DNA from: Dicyema japonicum
Taxonomy: Eukaryota > Animalia > Dicyemida
Assembly: GCA_011109175.1 (NCBI GenBank)
Contig: RDEW01000019.1
Coordinates: 779,823 to 843,822, forward strand
DNA: 64,000 bases
Direction: 5' to 3'
Both the position numbers and the translations under genes were made by a program. The notes beneath the pieces are model-generated. The model searched no databases and had not been told where the DNA came from. It worked only from the letters and a program-made list of their open reading frames with translations. Positions 39,601 to 48,711 of the stretch are shown here, in pieces. Within the stretch, counting starts at the first letter, position 1. Each line of letters starts with the position of its first letter.

Positions 39601-42600
39601 GAGTCGTTTGATTTCAATCTGGAAATAACTTAAATATTACTCTTAGTTTGTCCATTGAACTTTTTCGAATAAATTTGTGTTAGTTTTTTGCAGGAGTTGG
39701 TTATATTTTTGCTTTAGCTTTATATTTTCCTCAAAAATTTTGCTGTACAAAGTCTTAGAGACAGAATCCTCCAATCTTCTTAGTAAATATTTTATCTTGA
39801 ACGAAGCCTTATCCTAAATGTGACAAGACTGAGAATTACTTTTATCTCTTCGAGAATTGAGATCCGTTTATTTCTTTCAGTTTCCAAAGAGGATATAAAT
39901 TCCGTCAGTTTGTCGATTTTCTGTTAATTTTACTTTACGGAAAACCTTATTGGCTTCATTCTCAGCCTCAGACACCATGGAATAGCGGTTTATCAACGCT
40001 TTCTCATTGACCGACAAAAACACGACCTTTCTCGTCAACTCAGCCAAATTTTTTTTGACTTGGTCGTCGTTTTTGACAGTATTGACGAATTTCTATTGGT
40101 TTGTAATACAAGACAACTTCGTATTCCAAAATTGCTACTTCGTCCTCGCTCCGTTTATTTTCCAACTTTTGAATTTTACTTTTAAACAGTTCTCGCTCGT
40201 TTTCCCATTCCTGGTAATAAATTAGAAATTACATTTTTATGAGCTTTGTAGTCTTTGTAAACAAGTCCAACCCGTTCTTTCAAAACCGCGTAGTTGGAGT
40301 TCACGTGGGTCAATTTTTCAGTCGCCAAAGTCAAATCATTTTCCAAAACCTCATTTCTCTATACGACTCAGTCAAAATTAGACCTTAAGTGTTTCGGCAA
40401 GGTATTCTTCCATACTAACCAAAAACTCCGCTCCAAAATTGGTAGAATTCTCCAGAAACGTAATTTTTAATTTATCTGCACGTGGAAACTCATAAAAGTC
40501 TGCCGAAACCCGCATTTCATTGCTTCGAGGAATATTTGATCCCCCAACAGCACCGATTGTCTATCTCATAAATTAGAATCACATTACAGCTTCTTCTATG
40601 GCAGTTAGTAGAATATGATCTGGCTCGTGGCTTTCTGTCTATGATTAAGTCCCTTAACTTATTTTAGAAGCCAAGTCAGTTAACAAATTCTTCAGTCTCT
40701 TGTTATCCGCCTTAATTGTTCTATTCTGGAGTGTAATTTCGTCTTTAACTTCTCTTGTATTCGACAACTCAGAAACAATGTGGTTCAGATTAGCGATCTA
40801 CGTTTAAATCTGTCAGTTACCTCGGTTATTAATGCAGACGGTCTGTGACCCTCGTTATGTTTGAAATTCTTTTCAAGTTCTCTTGAAATAGCCAATTCGG
40901 AGTCTTTTCCCAGTCTTACATATTTTAAGCAAAATAAACTTCTGGGCCACGAGTTTTCCCAAATTTCGAACGTGCTCCTTTAATTCTTCTCGCTCCTTTT
41001 CTAACAATCGAATCTAATTCCTGTTTTTTACCCCCGTACCTCATTTTGAAGTATCACCAAAGAAGCCTTTAGCTCTTCTTGCTGGAACCGTCTGGAAGTC
41101 ATAAATCTATCCAATTCTTTGTCCTTTATTGGAAGAGCCAATTTGCTCCTGTAAAACTCTTCCTGGTCAAGCAATTGGTCCACTTTGAGTTCCATGTGGC
41201 TCAGAAGCTCCAATGTTTCTTTTTGCTGTTTTTCCAACTTTTTAACTTGAGCCTTTTGATCATTCATTTCTGCTATTGCATCTGAAAGTCCGTAGATTCC
41301 CTTTCATTGAATTACTCATTAAACCTTTTCTATTCTCTGTCCTCTGTTAACGCTGTTCTCCAATTCGATCTCTAATTCCATGATTCGTTTCTCGGCCTTA
41401 GTTCTAGAACTCAAAAATACCAATTCCAAGTTTTCCTGGGCTTTATTGAACTTTTGTTGACTTTCTGATAGCTCTTTCTCTAGTTTGGAAACTTTTGATA
41501 GGGTTTCGGCTATTTGTGATAAAATCTGTTTACATGAGGAAATTCGTGATTTTATTGCTTCGAAATTTTCAATCTCATGCTCAATCTCACCTGCGGCCTT
41601 TTTAAGCTCTTCTTGTAGACTGATCACTTGAATTTCCTTTTCTTCGAGGGCCTTAATGATCAAAATATGGAAATACGGCTGTGAGCTTCGTGATTGTATT
41701 TTTATCGGAATCAAGCTTAAGCAAATTATTTTCCTTCTTATTTTCCTCAATTTTTCGTGTTAACTTTGATATTTCCAGTTCTTTCGATTCGATCAGTTCC
41801 TTAGATCGTTAATATTTCGATACCCCCCACTCCTTCACTTTCTGACTAATCAGGACCATCATCTCATCGTTGACATCATCATCGGTTCGAAGGATCCCTT
41901 TAAATTCATTGTTCTCTATTGATAGAATTATTTACTTGTGTCTTTAAGGAAATATTCTCTTTTCGTAGCTCCTCGATGATGTTGTCGCTATATTTTAATA
42001 CTCCTTTAAGTTTTAGGTTTTCTTCGAGACATTTTTCGATTTCGACCTTTCCTTCTTGGAGTTCTTCCTTTGCTTGATCAGTTGCCTCCTTCAGCTTTTT
42101 GTTCACTTGAATTAAAGCCTAGTTAGAATAGACAATACTGAGTTCTCATCCAAAGCATCAATTAATTTTTCTTTAAATTTTTTGCTTTTTCTTCAGCTTC
42201 TGCAGTTCCGAGTCCTTTGGCCAACATGGTCTCCCTCTGGAAATTGACCTGATGCTTATATTCTCTCAAATCTTCTATCAATTGTCGATTCTATAATACA
42301 CCTTGTAATTAGATACCCTTGTTTCTAATTCTTTAGCTTTTTTTGTGGCGCTTTCTGCCTGAGCGATAGCGGCAGTTTCATTGGCTACCACACTTTCATA
42401 GTCCCTTGTAAGTGAGGAATGTGCTGCTTGTAATTCTTCAAACTCCTGTTCAACCTCAGTCAGCCTTGACCTTATTGTAGCCTCAGATTCTGGGAGAGCT
42501 TCAATCGACTTGAATGTTATTTATTATTCTTACCTCCTGAGTTTTAACCTTTCGTTTTAGAAAACTGACTAAAATATAAATAACTGGGAATACTCTTCTT

Positions 42601-42862
42601 TTCCTTCGTTGTGAGTTGGTTGTCATATTCTTCAATAAGTTCGGCTAAACTCTCGTTATTCTCTTTTTTAATTTTTGCAATGGTAATAAGAACTTGGATG
42701 ACCTTAGACGCCTTCTCCATATTTTCCAGAGATTTCAGATCTGCCTATAACAGTTAGTGCTAGTGTTACAGTCTCTAGTTGATCGAGCCAGTAGTCACTA
42801 TCAAACTTATCAGTCGGATTGACAGCAATTTCTTCAATTTTATTCCAATCCAAAGTAGCCAT
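36666..42862 (-). CDS. CEP290: CEP290-like ciliary transition-zone coiled-coil protein, many micro-introns, one apparent frameshift near 42180
   Basis: Segments LKGVLKYSDNIIEELRKEN, DEMMVLISQKVKEW, MELKVDQLLDQEEFYRSKL and the N-terminal LDWNKI resemble CEP290 as I recall it. Exon structure was checked only at the two ends. Confidence 0.8.
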
Positions 42863-43751
42863 CAGTTGCTTGGAGACTGAAAATATTTAATTTCAATTAA
42901 TTATTACTATTTTTCGTAAATCTAAATTTATTAAACATTAAATAACCAGGCACCAACTTAACATACGTGTGACGGAAATGGAGGTGGGCGACTAACTTCA
43001 CCTTTTGGAGGATGGATTTGGTCGGCACAAGGAGACGTTCTCCCTGGGTTCCTTCATTGTATTAATTAGTTGTGAATGTTTGTGCTGGGCTTACAAAATA
43101 TTGTAACCCTTGGTTGGGTTGATAAATAAATCAGGTGGCAGCTATCAAGAGACAGTGAGCCGCGACGGTGGAGGTTCCAAGGCGCTAAAGAATTATCTCG
43201 GAAGAATCCGGGAAAGGGCTATCCATGCGGAAGAATCCGAATCAGTCCTGAAGCTGAACATCCTCCGTAGAAGAAGACATTTCCAGAAGACGGTGGGATC
43301 CCTGGCTAATTTACTCGAGGAGATTCCGGAGTTACTAGAGGTTGGGATCATTTAATTAATTCTTTGACATATTCTTTCTTGATGAAGTTTCTAAATATCA
43401 TGTTCTCCAGAAATATGGAACAATCTCTTACAATTGGAATTCGACAAAAATATTCCATATTTAAAAAAATCTATCACGGTATCCACCATTAGTTGAACAA
43501 AGTTCTTGTGATGTTTCGTAAAGTTAATATTGCACCACAGACGTTCCTCTTTCAATAAGATTCAGAGACTGGGATTATTGTTGTAGTAGTTCCGATGCCA
43601 ACCAGTATAATCAATGTCCACGGAAATTGAAAATTTCTGCACTACGCAATGGTAATACTGCACTTTACGAAGAACCACATTAGCTATAGCTCTTCTCATG
43701 CAGGACACACACTTTATTTTAAGTAAAAAAGTTATCATAGCTAATCGATGG

Positions 43752-44290
43752 TGGAGAACCAGGGAATGCTCTTCACTTTTTTTCTTCGTGTTGGGTGAGA
43801 GTTTTTTTGTAGACGATCCGGTTCTGCGGTAAGATGTTCACTGATGACGCCTTCACTCGTCAAGCCAAAGCATCGTAGAGATTAATGTTGTGGCCGCGTG
43901 GCGCCATGTGGTGATGCGTGGTTAATTGGTTGAAGATTCCTGCTTGCTTGTCTGTTCCTTCTCTCTCTTCCTAATAGAGTGGCGTCATGTAATCCACCTG
44001 TCTAGGTGACGCCCAGTGCCAGGCCGGCATGAAAAAGGATCATTTGCTCTTCCCCACTCCACTGGAGGGGTTTTCACAACTGCATGTAATGGACGTCTTA
44101 CCCTTTATGCTGATTCCGGATGGACTCTGTTTCTGTAGAAGTGGAAACTGGATACACTTAATTAGTTGTTTACTTTAACTTTTTTCTCGGTGTATCCGGG
44201 GTTAATAAATAAATAAATCGTAGATGCATGGAACCTTCAACCAGAGTGTACAGCAATAAGATTTGAACTAGGGGTTATCAGGCCTTTTGC
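43752..44290 (-). mobile_element. SINE-like family B copy interrupted by a family A insertion
   Basis: Removing 43880-44216 and one ATCGTAGA copy restores continuous alignment to 57440-57630. Confidence 0.75.
43880..44216 (+). mobile_element. SINE-like family A, complete copy with LINE-like termini
   Basis: 8-bp TSD ATCGTAGA (43872-43879, 44217-44224); conserved core; tail CTCGGTGTATCCGGGGTTAATAAATAAATAA. Confidence 0.85.
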
Positions 44291-44329
44291 TCGACTCTTG
44301 TTACATGTCTGGATCGTAACTCGTCATTT

Positions 44330-45020
44330 TTTACCTATGACAAGATTCCAAATTTGCGTCAGTAATTTGACTCGTCACATTGCAGGAAATCTTGTTAGTT
44401 CTATTCGCAATTGATAACGATGTATTCTTAATTTGATTTAAAATCTCTGTTTTATTCGTAAATTTTGTAATAGTTGTTGTGAACACAGGATTTGAGTATT
44501 CACACTGTGAATGGTTTACCATTTTAGCAATCTCATGACTGACGATGAAGCTACCGATATTATAAGTCCTGGAGACTGTTTCCAATAATTAAATGTTGAA
44601 GTTTCAATTTTATATTTTTTGGAGTTCTTCCTCAGATAGTTTTCGTGCATCGCCAATTGGATATTTTCTTGAAAAGTTACCTGCTTTGAATTAAAGTGTC
44701 TCTCCAGATTTGACTTTTTGTTATGGTTAGATGTTTTGTGGCAGAGGAGACATTATTTATAGACAAATTGAGGCCACAAACAGAATTTATAATTAAGGAG
44801 TAAGATTTTAAAATTAAAATATGCAAAAATATGTAATAATTTAAATAAAAATAACAATTTAATATAAAATATCATCTAAATATTACATAGTCTAAAATAT
44901 ACATAAAAAAAATTTTTGGAAGAACACTATTTTGAAAATGTTTTTATTGGAGATTTAAGTAATCATTTGCGATAATTGAAAAAGCCATAAAAAATTTAAA
45001 GAGCCACGGTTGCACCCCTG
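44330..45020 (-). mobile_element. hAT (Buster/Charlie-like) transposon 5' remnant
   Basis: TIR-like CAGGGGTGCAACCGTGGCTC at 45001-45020 (minus); BED-like KCLLCHKT...KKSNLERHFNSK and SFIVSHEIAK...IKNTSLS; frameshifted. Confidence 0.65.
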
Positions 45021-45249
45021 GGCTAGTACAACCCCTTCAAGAAATGATTTGTTAAATGATCCACATTACATTTACTTTACAGAAAATTAAATTGCTGGTG
45101 ATTATTTGGGGGACAATTCTGATAGATACGAAATCTGTTAATTATTTTCCCGGGATCACCGGATTAGAGAAAAGAAAATAGTCCTCAACTAAGTTTCACG
45201 ACCAAAATAGTCCTCAACTTTCCAAACATCACATCCACTCATATCCGCC

Positions 45250-45350
45250 ATTATAGAAATCCCTTCAGAGGAGTAGGGAGAAGCCGACCAGGTAGTGGAT
45301 GTCTCTTTGGATAGGTGGATCAAAAATAGAATGCAAGGAGCAGAAAGGAA
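45250..45350 (-). mobile_element. Family A core fragment
   Basis: GATCCACCTATCC..GAGACATCC..CCCTACTCC..GAAGGGATTTC on the minus strand. Confidence 0.5.
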
Positions 45351-45362
45351 TAAAAATCAATA

Positions 45363-45850
45363 TTAGTGAGAATAAAACACATAAACTAGTGCATAAACTA
45401 AGAATGTTTCTCCTTCGTATGTGCTGGACAATTCTACATCAACTTCGAGATCTCTAAGCATTTTGGAAGAGATCATGAGGCTCTGGAGGCTTTTTTGAGA
45501 AACAAACAGCATCACAACAATTTTGTAGTTATCATGAGTGATTCGTCTTATGGCTTTTTTGATTTCATCCGCGGATTCTTCGACCACAATTGGCATGAAA
45601 GAGGATCATAGGATTTATTCCCATAAATTGATTCAAGTTCTGATTCCAAAATTTTATAACCCAATTTTATATCGAACGAATCCTCTTCGTCGGGGATAAC
45701 CTTGTACGTATTCTTCATTTTTTGAACTTTTTTCAAGGCTTTTGGGGAGAGAGTGTTCTGTGTTTTCATTCTCATGGTGAACAGTATGTTTTTCACTGTT
45801 GATTTCAAAAAAGCTGGCATCCGTGATTAACTTGGCAACGAAATGTAAAA
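45363..45850 (-). mobile_element. LINE remnant (region just before the RT)
   Basis: EIKKAIRRI...KSLQSLMISSKML resembles the EIxxAI..KAPGxDxI..xML motif; frameshifted. Confidence 0.4.
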
Positions 45851-46119
45851 AATACAATTTTATTAAAATTGAAGATAGTTGTCACGAACATTGCTTAATT
45901 TGACACAATCAATTATCGATATCAATCAACGGTTAATTGGTCGAGAGGTAGAGGTGGGACTAACTGTAGTGTTACTCAGTTTCATATTGCATGGACGGAG
46001 GAACTGTCGATACACGTAGGATCCAGGTTCAAATCTGTTCAGCCTAAAATTGATAGAACTTGGATGATATCTGTCATAAGTTATTATTCTTTGTCGATAA
46101 CCTCTGGCAGCTGAAATAA

Positions 46120-46380
46120 GTTTTATCAAGTTTCCTTTGCACAGCATTGCGTCCTTTTCATGTGTCCACCGTTATGGGAACTTTGCTGGAGTTGAGAAGT
46201 GAGGGATCCTTTTTGATCCCGGCCAGGAATCTGGTGTTTCCTGAGTTAGGTAGATCCAATGACTCATCTAGGAATTGAAGAAGGCAAATAGCGGAGAGAA
46301 AATTCTTCGACCACACAGGTAGTGGTGTGGGAATCGACCTCATAGCTAAATGAGACACGAGCAACACAATAACCACTTCT
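46120..46380 (-). mobile_element. Family A member with tRNA-like head
   Basis: AGTGGTT..GAGGTCGATTCCCAC (A/B-box-like), then core GGCCGG..AAAAAGGATCC and tail AACTTGATAAAACTTATTTCAG. Confidence 0.6.
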
Positions 46381-46569
46381 GGTCAGTCTATGTAGCACAA
46401 AATTACACTTAAAATTCAAAGATTTTTTATGAATGCTGTCCCAGGAACGAGTTTTTACATTTTTTCAATAAGTCATTTTTAATGTTGAATTAGCACTGAC
46501 GTAGGTGTATTTCAATTTTTTTAAAACTAGGGTGTTACTGATTTCAAGATCAACTGGTCTATGGCCTAT

Positions 46570-46900
46570 GAAGATCTCTAATGCAAACCTTTATAATAAA
46601 TGAAAATCCGGCGTGCTGTCAGATGATCTTTTCAATTCAAGATAGAGTCTCTTGGCCACGTCTTACGTCTAAATGACCAGGTCCCCGCAAATGTCGCAAT
46701 GGACAACTACTTCGCACACACAGGAGCCGGATTCCGTGGAAGGCCAAGAACGACACCTCCGACTATCTTGAATGAAAAACCTATGGGCTGTTGGTATGAG
46801 ACTAACTTCGACGGACGACCTGGACTACCTAAGAGAACTAGCGCGCAACAGAGGATCATGGTTGAGGCTGACGGAGAGGATGATTAGAAATACGGCACAA
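46570..46900 (+). mobile_element. RTE-like LINE 3' fragment
   Basis: LGHVLRL..PANVAMDNYF..GFRGRPRTT..DDLDYLRELARNRGSW. Confidence 0.7.
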
Positions 46901-47049
46901 AAGAAACTTAAAACGGGATACTTGGAGCACCAGAAATTTCATTTATTCAAAGCATCTGGTTTCTGATGTCTTCTGAGTCCGTCACATCGTCCATACTCGT
47001 AAAAAAAAAAAAAACGCGAGTTTCCGTCCTTCATGCCAAAGCGTGCTTT

Positions 47050-47095
47050 TTGACCAGGAAAAATTTTACAAAAACAAATTGGCTCTTCCAATAAA
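47050..47095 (+). pseudogene. 46-bp inverted copy of a CEP290 exon segment
   Basis: 41/46 identical to the reverse complement of 41125-41170. Confidence 0.75.
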
Positions 47096-47994
47096 AAGAG
47101 TGAGGTGTACCATTATTTCGTTTGTTGTTTCTTCACCCACATGTAAACATCCTCTGATAGCATTCTGCTTCTCTGAGCCTTTTCTTAAGGCTATTTTGAG
47201 CCCTGCTGGTTTTTATTCGCTTCATTTGACGGATCAAATTAGAGGAAATCAATTATTATTAAAAATGTCCGCGGAACCAGAAAAGTTAATTAATTTGAGA
47301 TTCCAATTTTGCCATGCATCTCTGGATACGAGAGGAAATCAATACACACAAGAAATCAAAACAGAAGAATACACACAAGAATCAAACTGTAGCAAGGGAA
47401 ACAATCGTCTTGTCGACAATAATCATTGGGCTGGGTCTAAAAATTCCGGTAACCAAGGCATAATACTCTTCGCACGCAAGCTGCGAATGCGTGACACCGT
47501 CGTTATAACAAGTAGAACGTCACTGACCGTGCTTCATCACGAAGAGCTGCAAAGGAATTCACAACCCACCTGCAATCGATTAAAACCCGTGCGCTCGAAG
47601 TCTTCAGTTCTGCCAATAGAACACGATGATCGCTATCAGCCGATCTTGTCTATGATAAAAAAAACATCGAGAAGAAAGCGAATATAGCTTAATAACGTGA
47701 ACTCTATGGCTTGTATCTGCTCCCCCTACAGCATGCTGCCCAAGACGGCTCCCCTTATGACTTCCCTCTAGGATAAATAGACATTTCACGAGGTACGCCC
47801 CACCTCAATCTTGGCCAAATTAACTTCTTAATAAAAACTTTATTTAAAACATAACAGAACTCCACCCAACAATTATTGGTTACCATTATCTTAAAATATG
47901 TGATAATATTGACTAGTAATGACATTTTGATTAAAAAGAATAAAGGATTATGAATTATTCCACAAATAGACTAACTGAACTGAAGATGAGATCT

Positions 47995-48150
47995 AGTTTG
48001 CGTCATGGGATCAATCTATCTCAGGAGAGTAGTCTGGTCGACATCCAAAAATGATTCCTCCATTCCCTACTCCAATGGAGGGGTTTCAACAATGGGGGAT
48101 ATGGAGGACGCAATGGTTTTTCCGACTGGGGGAACTGGATAAAACCTCTT
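47995..48150 (+). mobile_element. Family A core plus alternative tail
   Basis: GCGTCATGGGATC..CCCTACTCCAATGGAGGGGTTTC..CCGACTGGGGGAACTGGATAAAACCT; the tail matches the reverse complement of 58190-58220. Confidence 0.65.
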
Positions 48151-48711
48151 TCATGTATATCCGTTGTTGATAAAAAACAGAATTGAAAATGTTTAAAATA
48201 CTTTTACAAAAAGTTAATTAGGAAACCACAATGTTCTATTTACTAGTAGATCTATTATCATTGATTTTAATTTTAAAGATTATGAGGTAAATTCAAATAT
48301 TCTTAGAACCAACATGTTACGATAAGCAAATCATTAGAATTAAAGAATAAATTCAGTGACTAAATAATTAAAATCTGTCCAAGTATTTTAGTTCTCTGTT
48401 GTTGGCGGGTTTGTTAGTAAAAGGTTTATTTTTTTCTTGTAAATGACTAGTATTAATAGAATTGTTGTACTTTGAATTATCTATGTGTGGGTTTCTCTTT
48501 TGATCAGAGTCTTTGCTTTCATGGTGATACTTTCTTTTTGTCATTATTACATTTTTTAAATCATAAGTAATTTATTTAATATGGTTGGACATTAAATAAA
48601 ATAAAATAATTAATTTTACAAAAAAATATTTTAATTAATTCTAATCATTAATTTTCTCGGGCGAGGCTAGAATGACTTTTCCCGAACATTGGGCTCGCGA
48701 TCATGAGAGGT

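Noticed and set aside
43835-43880. CTGATGA (also at ~57520 and, on the minus strand, ~36297) as a hammerhead core or C box
   Set aside because: No GAAA after a stem II and no D box at a suitable position; the motif is on the antisense strand of SINE family B.
44020-44075. GGCCGGCATG in the family A core matches the first 10 nt of the HDV genomic ribozyme
   Set aside because: There is no downstream complementary P1 strand or P1.1/P3 elements; treated as coincidence.
46158-46376. 72-aa ORF with an apparent paralogue at ~58200-58420
   Set aside because: The similarity is at the DNA level and is explained by SINE family A; stops and frame differ between copies.
47100-47687. Remainder of the 214-aa ORF as a genuine gene
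   Set aside because: It is a mosaic of a CEP290 fragment, short direct repeats and possible RT debris, with no coherent domain.
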